A DNA stretch of 32,168 nt from Desulfobacterales bacterium (GTDB lineage Bacteria; Desulfobacterota; Desulfobacteria; Desulfobacterales; UBA5616), in contig JAWODC010000052.1 of NCBI GenBank assembly GCA_046483495.1, positions 1 through 32,168 of the forward strand. The letters run 5' to 3'. Of this stretch, positions 10,436 through 19,009 are shown in pieces. The first letter of the stretch is position 1; each line of letters starts with the position of its first letter. The position numbers were made by a program, and so were the translations under genes. The notes beneath the pieces were generated by a model. The model had not been told where the DNA came from. It made no database searches and saw only the letters and a list, made by a program, of their open reading frames with translations.

Positions 10436-10623
10436 GGTTAGGTGGTTAGGTGGTTAGGTGATTAAGTGTTTAAGTGATTAAGTGAATAGGTGGAAAATGG
10501 TGAACGGTAAACGGTCAAGCGGATCGGGCCTTTATCCCCCCACCCACCCAGCCTTTGAGCTTTCACCCAAACGACTTTAACGATCTTAACGATCCAAGCG
10601 GACTAAACGATATTAACGATCTA
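10436..10623. repeat. Composite intergenic repeat: 7x 8-mer, 7-mers, REP fragment, 6x 9-mer
   Basis: GGTTAGGT/GATTAAGT units at 10436-10491; AACGGTA-like units at 10496-10522; GGATCGGGCCTTTATCCCCCC at 10521 resembles 31895; AACGATCTT-like units at 10570-10623. Confidence 0.85.
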
Positions 10624-10820
10624 TTCGGGCACCTGAACCCTATTAATATTCTTGGCCGGATCTAACAAGTAATTGAAATTCATAATCAAAAATCTGTGGA
10701 CTTTTGGTGTTTGCACCCCTATAAAAAATAAAATGGCATAGGCCTGTACCGATGAATTGAAAACGGCCCCGGCCCATTGCGGCGCCTAGGGCACACCAAT
10801 ATTTCAGTGGAGGTAATTTG

Positions 10821-11978
10821 ATGGATTTTGAACTCACTAAAGAACAGCAGGATATTCAGAAAGCGGTTCGTGATTTTGTCAAAGGCGAATTCAAGAAAGA
10901 GGTCATCGAAGATCTTGAAGAGAAACACGAGTATCCTGTGGATATGTGGAAAAAGGCGGGCGATCTGGGGTTCATCGGAATCCATTTTCCGGAAGAATAT
11001 TCCGGCCAAGGCCTGGGTGTAATGGAAAACATTCTGGTGGCGGAAGAATTGTGCCGGGGGGATTCCACAGTCGGCGCCTGCCTGCTGCTGGCTGACTTTG
11101 CCTCGGAGATTCTGCTGCACTTTGGAAGCGAAGAGCAGAAAAAAACATGGCTTCCCAAGGTTGCCGAGGCTGAGATTCTTTCATGCGGCGCTTTTACAGA
11201 ACCGGATCATGGCTCCGACATTACATCACTCGACACGACCGCCGTCAAAGATGGTGACGAATGGGTCATCAACGGGAACAAAATTTTTATAACCAACGCC
11301 GGACCGTATGCGGGATTTTACTGCGTTTTATGCCAGACGGACCCGAATGCCAAGCCGATGTATCGGGGTATAAGCCTGATCCTTGTTGAAGCGGACAACC
11401 CCGGTGTTTCGTACAGCAGCGTCGGGTCGAAAATGGGTATACGCATGATGCACACCTCCGAAGTGACCTTCAAGGATGTCCGCGTCCCCTTGAAGAACCT
11501 CATCGGAAAAGAAAATAAAGGATTTTACCAGCTGCTGGAATTTTTCGATGAAAGCCGAATATTGATTGCCGCCCAAGGACTTGGAACCGCGCAAGGCGCA
11601 TTCGACCGGGCGATGAACTATGTTAAGCAGAGAGAGCAGTTCGGCCAGAAAATCGCTCAATTTCAGGTGACCCAGCATAAGCTGGCGGATATGGCCACCA
11701 AAATCGAACAGGCCCGGTTGCTGGTCTATAAAGCGGCGTGGAATTTCGATCAGGGGCGTATCGACCCGAAATTGACGTCAATGGCCAAGATGGTGGCCGG
11801 CCGCGCGGCGGTTGAAGTTGCGGACGAAGCTATTCAGCTGCTGGGCGGTTACGGTTATATGCTCGAATATGAGGTCGAACGGTATTACCGGGACGCTAAA
11901 ATTTGTGAGTTGTATGAAGGCACCAAAGAAATACAGAAAAACACGATTGCAAGTTACCTGATCGGCAAGAACAAATAG
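10821..11978 (+). CDS. Acyl-CoA dehydrogenase
   Basis: FTEPDHGSD, INGNKIFITN, KMGIR, REQFG, QLLGGYGY and LYEGT (catalytic Glu). ATG at 10821 follows GGAGG. Confidence 0.95.
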   Translation: MDFELTKEQQDIQKAVRDFVKGEFKKEVIEDLEEKHEYPVDMWKKAGDLGFIGIHFPEEYSGQGLGVMENILVAEELCRGDSTVGACLLLADFASEILLHFGSEEQKKTWLPKVAEAEILSCGAFTEPDHGSDITSLDTTAVKDGDEWVINGNKIFITNAGPYAGFYCVLCQTDPNAKPMYRGISLILVEADNPGVSYSSVGSKMGIRMMHTSEVTFKDVRVPLKNLIGKENKGFYQLLEFFDESRILIAAQGLGTAQGAFDRAMNYVKQREQFGQKIAQFQVTQHKLADMATKIEQARLLVYKAAWNFDQGRIDPKLTSMAKMVAGRAAVEVADEAIQLLGGYGYMLEYEVERYYRDAKICELYEGTKEIQKNTIASYLIGKNK

Positions 11979-12015
11979 TGCCCATCCAGACATGGCCGGT
12001 TCACGCCATTTGATG

Positions 12016-12050
12016 AAAAAAAGGGCGGGTGCCGAACCCGCCCTTGCTTT
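12016..12050. terminator. GC-rich hairpin after the acyl-CoA dehydrogenase
   Basis: AAGGGCGGGT-gccga-ACCCGCCCTT. The A run on the 5' side makes it stronger on the minus strand; the T tract on plus is weak. Confidence 0.6.
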
Positions 12051-12207
12051 GCTGTCGACGCCCCGGTATTCATGCCTGACCTTTTGAAGCCGGGGTGTTC
12101 GAGCACACGCTGACGGGAGGGGCCGAATCGCCGATAAGACATTCACGCTTCTTTTAAACACCAACGCTTTCCTTTATTCGCAACCCAAACCGTGGAAGGA
12201 GAGAAAA

Positions 12208-12690
12208 ATGGCAGTTAAAAAATTTCCTATCGAAGCCGGACACATCATGCTGTTTGCACGTTCCGTGGGCGATACAAATCCGATTTATTATGATGAGGAT
12301 TATGCCGAAACCACGGAACCGGGCGCCGTCATCGCCCCCCCGACCTTTGTTCAGGCAAGCGCCCAATTCGATTCCGACTATCACCTGCGACCGAAAATCG
12401 GAGAACCCTGGATCGGTTCGGGAAAGAATCCCACAGGCATTACGCAACCCCCCGAAGGGGGCGTCAGCCGCGGACTTCACGCCGAGCAGCATTATGAGTA
12501 TCATCGGCACCCGAAAGCCGGGGATGTTCTCAAGGCCGAAACCAAAAAAGGAAAAACCTGGGAGAAACAGGGGCGCCGCGGCGGAAAACTGGTGTTCAGC
12601 GAAACCATTACCGAATACCGGGACCAGAACGACGAACGCGTTGTAACGGCCCGCTCCGTCGGAGTCCTGACGGAGAAAGCACCCGATTAA
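12208..12690 (+). CDS. MaoC-family dehydratase N-terminal-half (hot-dog) subunit
   Basis: IEAGHIMLFARSVGDTNPIY, APPTF and LHAEQHYEYHRHPKAGD motifs; AAGGAG RBS. Confidence 0.88.
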   Translation: MAVKKFPIEAGHIMLFARSVGDTNPIYYDEDYAETTEPGAVIAPPTFVQASAQFDSDYHLRPKIGEPWIGSGKNPTGITQPPEGGVSRGLHAEQHYEYHRHPKAGDVLKAETKKGKTWEKQGRRGGKLVFSETITEYRDQNDERVVTARSVGVLTEKAPD

Positions 12691-12708
12691 CGGTAGAGGA
12701 GGTGTACG

Positions 12709-13131
12709 ATGGCATTGAAGGCGAGTGCATTAAACGTCGGCGATACGTATCAGGAACGTGTGGTGGATGATCTCACCCGGACACAAATCGTGCAGTATGC
12801 AGGGGCCAGCGGAGATTACAACCCGGTCCACACGGATTCGGTATTTGCCGTTCAGGTGGCCGGATTTCCCTCGGTATTCGCTCATGGCATGTTGAGTATG
12901 GGAATGACCGGTAAGATGCTGACCAATTATGTGGGTGATGGACGCCTGACCGGCTTCGGGGTTCGGTTCACCCGTCAGGTGTGGCCGGGGGACATATTGG
13001 ATGCCAAGGCCGTGGTGAAGGACATCAGGGAAGAGGGCGGCCGGCATTTCGTCGATCTGGATGTCGAGACGCTCAATCAGAACGGGGAAACCGTGGTCAA
13101 GGGGTATGCATCGGCCTTGATCGATCCTTGA
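12709..13131 (+). CDS. MaoC-family (R)-specific enoyl-CoA hydratase catalytic subunit
   Basis: YAGASGDYNPVH hydratase-2 motif, AHGM and VRFTRQVWPGD; GGAGG RBS. Confidence 0.92.
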   Translation: MALKASALNVGDTYQERVVDDLTRTQIVQYAGASGDYNPVHTDSVFAVQVAGFPSVFAHGMLSMGMTGKMLTNYVGDGRLTGFGVRFTRQVWPGDILDAKAVVKDIREEGGRHFVDLDVETLNQNGETVVKGYASALIDP

Positions 13132-13156
13132 GTTCTTGCATACGGCCGCATAAAGG

Positions 13157-14353
13157 ATGACCGATCCAAATCAAAGGCGGTATACGTGGTTTATGCTGAT
13201 GCTGCTGTGGCTGCTGTATATCGCATTCGGCATGGTGGCCCGTTCGATATTTCCCCTTGTCACCCCCATCCTCGAAGACCTGCGGTTGTCCTATGCGCAA
13301 ATGGGGATGATTCTCGGGTCGTGGCAGTTGACCTATATCCTGGCCGCCCTGGCGGCGGGCAGCATTCTCGACCGATGGGGAATCCGCAAATCCATCATGG
13401 CCGGAGCCTTTATCATCGCCGCATCCGCTGGTCTGAGGTATTTTGCAGACGGCTTTTTCTGTATGCTGGCGGCGGTGGCCCTGTTCGGGGCGGGCGGGCC
13501 CATGATCTCCATCGGCGGGCCGAAAACGATTTCCGAGTGGTTCGAGGGCAAGGATCGGGCCACCGCAGTGGGGATGTACACCACCGGTCCCTGGCTGGGG
13601 GGATTGCTCGCTCTTTCCCTCACCAACAGCCTCATTATGCCCCTCGTGAATGGCAGTTGGCGTCTGGCTTTTGTCTGCTATGGCGTTGTGACGCTGATGT
13701 TGGCTGTATGCTGGTGGATATGCTCCCGGCGGATTGCCGCTTCACCGGAGACGAATGATGACTTGCCGTTTACCGGAGTGTTCCGGCACCTCGTCCGCAT
13801 TAAAACCGTGAGAATACTCCTGGTCATGTCTGTGCTCTCATTTGCCCTCGGGCACGGCATTTCCGGATGGCTTCCCAGAATCCTCGAAGGAAAGGGCCTT
13901 TCCGCTTCGCTCGCCGGTTTTGCCGCTGCTTTGCCTCTGGCTGCCGGTGTACCGGCCGTTTTATTTCTGCCGCGATTGATTCCTGAAAAATTCAGAGGTA
14001 AGGCAATCGCCGTTTGCGCGCTGCTGACCATTTTCAATCTGATGGTGGTTATGACCAGCAGCGGCACGCTGCTTTTCGGCGCATTGATCGTGTACGGCTT
14101 TTTCGCCTCTCCCTTTATGCCCCTTATGCTGCTGATATTGATGAACACCCCGGAGATTGAAAGCCGTTACATGGGAGCTGCAGGCGGCATGTTTTTCTGC
14201 GTTGCGGAAATCGGCGGCTTTACCGGGCCCTTGATCATGGGGATACTCGTGGATATGACCGGCACGTTTATGGCCGGAGCTCTTTTTTTAGCGTGCCTCT
14301 GCTTGGTTTTGGCCGGGTTGTCGTATGCACTGGAAAAGCAGGAGCACGGGTAA
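13157..14353 (+). CDS. MFS transporter
   Basis: 398 aa, about 12 hydrophobic segments, motif A GSILDRWGIRK. Confidence 0.9.
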   Translation: MTDPNQRRYTWFMLMLLWLLYIAFGMVARSIFPLVTPILEDLRLSYAQMGMILGSWQLTYILAALAAGSILDRWGIRKSIMAGAFIIAASAGLRYFADGFFCMLAAVALFGAGGPMISIGGPKTISEWFEGKDRATAVGMYTTGPWLGGLLALSLTNSLIMPLVNGSWRLAFVCYGVVTLMLAVCWWICSRRIAASPETNDDLPFTGVFRHLVRIKTVRILLVMSVLSFALGHGISGWLPRILEGKGLSASLAGFAAALPLAAGVPAVLFLPRLIPEKFRGKAIAVCALLTIFNLMVVMTSSGTLLFGALIVYGFFASPFMPLMLLILMNTPEIESRYMGAAGGMFFCVAEIGGFTGPLIMGILVDMTGTFMAGALFLACLCLVLAGLSYALEKQEHG

Positions 14354-14417
14354 AACGCCCCCATTCTAATTTTCGGTTTCCGGTCGACGTTGATTTGCGT
14401 GCACAAATGAGACTTGC

Positions 14418-15071
14418 TCAACGCGCATGGGTCAGCACCCATATTTCAGTGTTCCCTTTGGGCAGAGAATCCGGTGTCACCACCACTTCCGGTTCGTTGA
14501 GGATTCTGACATTGTCCATCAGTTCAAGAAAATCTTCCACTTTCCCAATGGGCAAATCGCATTTATCCGTTTTATAATGCATAGGGATCGTCAGCCTTGG
14601 GTTGATGGCCCGGGTCACATCCGCCGCTCCTTTGGCATCCACGGTAAACGTGCCGCCCACCGGCACCAGCAGAACGTCGACATCGCCGATGGCATTCAAA
14701 TGATCGGAACCGAGCCGATGCCCGAGATCACCGACAAAGCACACCCGCACCCCGTCGACAGTGAATGTGAAGATTTGATTGGGGCCGCGCTCCGATCCCT
14801 GAGCCTCGTCATGGTAAGCGGCCACGGCATTGACTTCGATGGCATTTACGGTTCCGGACTCCTTGAGTACAGTGGGTGATCCCTTAAGGCCGGCGGTATA
14901 ATTGTGGTCCAAATGATCGTGACTGATCAGGGCACCGTCTGCCCGATCAGTTACCATTTCATATGTCAGTACACCCCCGTATCCGGCGGGATCATATGGG
15001 TCGGTGACAATGGTGGTACCGTCATCGGCGGTAATCGTAAAACTGGCATGTCCATTCCATTTGATTTTCAC
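14418..15071 (-). CDS. MBL-fold metallo-hydrolase (UPF0173/beta-lactamase-like)
   Basis: WNGHASF, TDPY, SHDHLDH, GDLGH, VPVGG and IPMHY motifs; GTG start. Confidence 0.9.
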   Translation of the reverse strand: MKIKWNGHASFTITADDGTTIVTDPYDPAGYGGVLTYEMVTDRADGALISHDHLDHNYTAGLKGSPTVLKESGTVNAIEVNAVAAYHDEAQGSERGPNQIFTFTVDGVRVCFVGDLGHRLGSDHLNAIGDVDVLLVPVGGTFTVDAKGAADVTRAINPRLTIPMHYKTDKCDLPIGKVEDFLELMDNVRILNEPEVVVTPDSLPKGNTEIWVLTHAR

Positions 15072-15409
15072 GGTAACCCCCTTTTGTTGAAACCGGTTCT
15101 AGTGCCTATCCGATATCGGGTAATTCACTCCGTTTCCTCTTCGGCCTAAAACTGTAATCCTCAAAATACTCAGCGTATTCCTGCAGTTAAAATTTTTCAC
15201 CGCCTATTCCTGAGGCGAATGTTATGATTTCCTGATGAAAACTCGTTTTATAGAAGCTAATGCGGATTTGACCTGATTTCATTTTTAGGTTATGTAAGGG
15301 CCATATTCCCAAAATGTTATATTACCCATAAATTTTTGAATTGTAAAGACTTCCTCACGGCCGTAGTAGGTAAAAACCGGCGGCGGACAGGTGAAAAGGA
15401 GCGTCATGC

Positions 15410-16609
15410 ATGGACTTTCAATTTGGTGAGAAGGCTGAGCAACTGAGAAAAGAGGTCAGGGCTTTTGTGAAATCCGAGAAACTGTACGACGAAATTCTCG
15501 TGCAGTATCAGGAAGAGCATTCGGATGAGCATTTCGATTTCGTGATGAACATATCCAAGAAATTGGCTCAACGAAAATGGCTGACGCTGACCTGGCCCGA
15601 GGAGTACGGCGGACTGAACGCCTCCTTGGAAGAACGACTGGCGTTTTTCGAGGAGGTGGGGTATTGGGCTATCCCCGGCACCGGCATGGGGGTAAGCGGA
15701 ACCGGTTGGGTGGGGCCCTCCCTGATGCTTTTCGGAACGGAAGAACAGCGAAAAAAACACCTCCCGCTGATTGCATCCGGATCTGCCGACGGTGTCTGGT
15801 GCACCGGCTACAGCGAGCCGGATTCGGGAAGCGACCTTGCCAGTCTTCAGACGGCGGCCGTTCGAGACGGCGACGAATATGTCATCAACGGGCAGAAAGT
15901 ATGGACAAGTGCGGCCCACCGGGCCAGGTGGTGCTGGTTGGCCTGTCGGACAGATCCGAATGCCGGGAAAAAACACCACGGCATCAGTTTGATCATTGTC
16001 GATATGAAACACCCGGGCGTCAAGGTGCGTCCAATTTACAACCTCATGGGATTTAATTATTTCAATGAGATTTTCTTTACGAACGTTCGAATGCCGGTTG
16101 AAAATTTGGTTGGAGAAGAAAACAAGGGGTGGTATCACATCATGAAAGCGCTGTCTTTCGAGCGTAGTGTGAGGCCTATTGCAGCTACCGGCTCTATGCG
16201 CCGGTATCTGGATGAACTCGTCCATTACGCCAGGCAAAACGGGTTGATGAAACGGCCGGAAATCCGCCATCGCCTGGCTGATCTTGCCGTCGATATGCGG
16301 GCCATGCGGCAGTGTGTATTTGAAACCATATGGAAAGAGAGCCGCCGTTTGCCGACCCCGTATGAATATTCCCGCGACAAAGCCAACAACGATGAGTTGA
16401 CCGAACGGGTATCCCGGGTCGGCACCGCCATGATAGGCGCTTATTCACAGATCGATCAGCTGTTGAAGGACAACCGGTGGACCAGGATCAAGGGAGCTTT
16501 TGAAGGTCTTTATTACTCGAGCCCCGGAATGAGAAACGCGGCGGGAACAACGTTGACCCAAATGAATATCGTGGGGCAGTTAGGGCTGGGATTGCCGCGG
16601 TCGTACTGA
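15410..16609 (+). CDS. Acyl-CoA dehydrogenase family protein (FadE26-like subgroup)
   Basis: WPEEYGG, GYSEPDSGSDLASL, INGQKVWTS, FNEIFF and LSFERS motifs; AAGGAG RBS. Confidence 0.92.
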   Translation: MDFQFGEKAEQLRKEVRAFVKSEKLYDEILVQYQEEHSDEHFDFVMNISKKLAQRKWLTLTWPEEYGGLNASLEERLAFFEEVGYWAIPGTGMGVSGTGWVGPSLMLFGTEEQRKKHLPLIASGSADGVWCTGYSEPDSGSDLASLQTAAVRDGDEYVINGQKVWTSAAHRARWCWLACRTDPNAGKKHHGISLIIVDMKHPGVKVRPIYNLMGFNYFNEIFFTNVRMPVENLVGEENKGWYHIMKALSFERSVRPIAATGSMRRYLDELVHYARQNGLMKRPEIRHRLADLAVDMRAMRQCVFETIWKESRRLPTPYEYSRDKANNDELTERVSRVGTAMIGAYSQIDQLLKDNRWTRIKGAFEGLYYSSPGMRNAAGTTLTQMNIVGQLGLGLPRSY

Positions 16610-16641
16610 AAAAAGTGCTGACACGAATTTTACCGATAAAA

Positions 16642-16682
16642 CACAACAAACCGGTTTCAATATGTGAAACCGGTTTGTTGTG
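16642..16682. terminator. Perfect 18-bp hairpin between convergent genes
   Basis: CACAACAAACCGGTTTCA-atatg-TGAAACCGGTTTGTTGTG. Confidence 0.75.
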
Positions 16683-16713
16683 ATACATGTTCTCCGCAGC
16701 CGTCGCGTCTAAA

Positions 16714-17856
16714 CTAGTGTTCGCATCCGCACGATGTGGAACTGCAGCTGATTTCTCCAATGTGTTCCGGACCCCGCCTGATGATCCGCTCTAAAACAAG
16801 ATTCCTGATGCTGTGATAGATCGGTTTGACGGAGAGAAGGATCAGAATAACGGCGCCGGTCCACTCCAGCCAGGCCGGAATAATCTCAGCAGCACTGCCG
16901 GCAATCGCTTGGGCGGATATGTCGAAGGTTGTATAACAAAAATCCAGAAGTATTCCGAACCCGACTGAAAAAACGGCAATGGTTCCCAGATAAATGGCTG
17001 TGGCCCGCTTTCCAAGTATTCCAAACAGAACGGTCAGGGAGGTAATGTTCGTTGCCGGACCGGCGAGAAGAAAAACCAGAGCCGCCCCGGGGCTGACGCC
17101 TTTTAGAATCAGTGCTGCGGCAATGGGCGTGGAAGCCGTGGCACAGATGTAAACGGGTACTCCCATCACGAGCATGATCAGCATAGAGACCATGCCCCCG
17201 CCAAGATAACGGCTGATCGCTTCTTCCGGAATAAAGGCCATTATGAAACCGGCCAACAGAAGCCCTAATGCGAACCAGCTTGCCATGTCTTTCCATACAT
17301 CGGTAAACGCGAAACGCATCCCTGCGCTGATTTTTGAGACCGACGTGTGATGGCGACTATGAATCTCGGGAGGACAATTCAGACGATTACAGCATCCGTC
17401 GATTGTGCAGCTCTCTTTCGCAGTTTTGGGATCGGCGGCTTTCGGTCTCCAGAAAATGTTTTCCAGCAGACCGGCGGTGATGGCGGAAAAAAAGGCGGCC
17501 ACGGGTCTTGCCGCCGCCATAAGAGGATCCAGCAGCGCATATGTCAAAGCGATCGAATCCACGCCGGATTCCGGGGTGGATATCATGAATGCGGTTGCCG
17601 CACCGTTGTTGGCTCCTTGTTTTTTCAAGGATACGGCTGTCGGGAGCACTCCGCATGAACACAACGGGAGCGGAATGCCGACAATGGCCGCCTTGAAAAC
17701 CGACCCGAATCGTTTTCGGCCGAAGTGGCGTGCGGTGGTTTCCGGGCTCAGAAAAATCCGGATAAGGCCGCTGATGATTAATCCCAAGATGATATAAAAA
17801 GAAGAATCCAGCAGAATGTGCCAGGTCTCGATTCCTGTTTTGATAAGTATATCCAT
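16714..17856 (-). CDS. ArsP/DUF318-type (SO_0444-like) metal permease
   Basis: GIPLPLCSCGVLP, ISTPESGVDS, VYICATASTP and FLLAGPATN motifs, with a Cys/His-rich loop and tail. ATG 17856 follows AGGA. Confidence 0.88.
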   Translation of the reverse strand: MDILIKTGIETWHILLDSSFYIILGLIISGLIRIFLSPETTARHFGRKRFGSVFKAAIVGIPLPLCSCGVLPTAVSLKKQGANNGAATAFMISTPESGVDSIALTYALLDPLMAAARPVAAFFSAITAGLLENIFWRPKAADPKTAKESCTIDGCCNRLNCPPEIHSRHHTSVSKISAGMRFAFTDVWKDMASWFALGLLLAGFIMAFIPEEAISRYLGGGMVSMLIMLVMGVPVYICATASTPIAAALILKGVSPGAALVFLLAGPATNITSLTVLFGILGKRATAIYLGTIAVFSVGFGILLDFCYTTFDISAQAIAGSAAEIIPAWLEWTGAVILILLSVKPIYHSIRNLVLERIIRRGPEHIGEISCSSTSCGCEH

Positions 17857-17877
17857 ATCGTTCCTGCCCAATACCGT

Positions 17878-18261
17878 TTATTCGACTTCCCGGATATGCT
17901 GCAGCCCGATTTCGAGCAGCCCCGAGACATGGTCGTCGTCCAACGCATTATACAAAACCTGGCCGTCTCTGCGTTGGCGGACGAGATTCATGTCCTTGAG
18001 CCGACGAAGTTGATGGGAAATGGCTGATTCACTGGTGCCGATAAACGCGGCCAAGTCGCATACGCACATCTCGCGATGGATAAGTGCCATGACAATCTTC
18101 AGCCTTGTCGGATCCCCCAGAATTTTAAACGTCGAGGACAGGCGGCTTAATTCTTTTTCCGTTATGGCGTCTTTGCGGGCCTGTTCCACATGCTCCATGT
18201 GCACGACGCGCACACCGCATTTTCCCGAATCCGGTATTTTCGATATTTCATTATTCATCAT
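17878..18261 (-). CDS. ArsR/SmtB-family metalloregulator (CadC/ZiaR-like)
   Basis: FKILGDPTRLKI, EMCVCDLA (alpha-3 site), SAISHQLR and DDHVSGLLEIGLQHIRE (alpha-5 site). Confidence 0.93.
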   Translation of the reverse strand: MMNNEISKIPDSGKCGVRVVHMEHVEQARKDAITEKELSRLSSTFKILGDPTRLKIVMALIHREMCVCDLAAFIGTSESAISHQLRRLKDMNLVRQRRDGQVLYNALDDDHVSGLLEIGLQHIREVE

Positions 18262-18275
18262 GATCTCTCATTGTC

Positions 18276-18323
18276 ATATATGAACATATATTCATATATT
18301 AAACAGAAATTGTGACATGTCAA
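18276..18323 (-). promoter_or_regulatory. ArsR/SmtB operator overlapping a sigma-70 promoter
   Basis: Inverted repeat ATATATGAA-catata-TTCATATAT at 18276-18299. On the minus strand, TTGACA (18323-18318) is followed 16 nt later by TAATAT. Confidence 0.8.
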
Positions 18324-18407
18324 CAGGAAAAATATGAAATGCTGCGAGCCTGTGCCTCACGAGCCGCAGCGTCCCATTCAACGAATGGGTATTTCTTCAG
18401 CCCGGCG

Positions 18408-18893
18408 TTACTGCAGAAATTTAGGGGGGATTTTTCTGCCGGTCCCGGCTTCCATCATCTCAGAGGGGTTCTGGAGATCCGATCGGACCAGAAGTTTCGA
18501 GGAGCCGTGAGCGATCCATTTGCCGTCCTGATCGACAGCTGCCGCCTCGGCCAGGCAGATGGTTTTGCCGAGTTTTATCCGGCGTCCACTGACCGTCAGA
18601 CGGCCTGAATTCTTCGATGCGAGAAAGTCCATTTTCAGGTCAAGTGTTATAAGACCTGCATTTTCAGCGCATTCGCTGTAAACAGCCCAATAGCATGCCG
18701 AATCGATTACGGACGCAATCGCCCCGCCATGCAGGGAGTCAAACGGACTCATGTGATCCGTTTTGATGTCCATTACCATATCGGCATAACCGATGCCGAG
18801 GTTGATGACGGTCATGCCAAGGAGCCGAAAATAGGGGCCGTCGTTAATGAATTGGATAACCGCGTTCACATGTTCCGGGTTCAGGTCCGGCAT
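18408..18893 (-). CDS. PaaI-family thioesterase
   Basis: PYFRLLGM, LHGGAIASVIDSA and TLDLKMDFL hot-dog-fold motifs. Confidence 0.9.
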   Translation of the reverse strand: MPDLNPEHVNAVIQFINDGPYFRLLGMTVINLGIGYADMVMDIKTDHMSPFDSLHGGAIASVIDSACYWAVYSECAENAGLITLDLKMDFLASKNSGRLTVSGRRIKLGKTICLAEAAAVDQDGKWIAHGSSKLLVRSDLQNPSEMMEAGTGRKIPPKFLQ

Positions 18894-18921
18894 TCTATTT
18901 CCCTTTCAAGACGTGTTTGTT

Positions 18922-18988
18922 GGGTTCGTTATGATCGTTAGGATCGTTATGATCGTTGGGATTGTTGGGACCGTTAAGGTGAAGGCTC
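18922..18988. repeat. 6x 9-bp tandem array plus GGTGAAGGCTC; inverted homolog of 10556-10623
   Basis: GGGTTCGTT ATGATCGTT AGGATCGTT ATGATCGTT GGGATTGTT GGGACCGTT. Confidence 0.85.
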
Positions 18989-19009
18989 GCCGAATGGGTG
19001 GTCAAGAAC

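Noticed and set aside
10436..10623. CRISPR array (also considered for 18922-18975 and 19153-19228)
   Set aside because: Units are 6-9 bp in direct tandem with no unique spacers, and there are no cas genes in the window.
10734..10749. Sigma-54 promoter upstream of the first acyl-CoA dehydrogenase (TGGCAT..)
   Set aside because: The -12 element reads TGTA rather than TTGC.
15404..16270. Long antisense ORFs (e.g. 288 aa here, 225 aa at 7864-8541, 231 aa at 30582-31277)
   Set aside because: Shadow frames opposite well-supported genes, with no motifs of their own.
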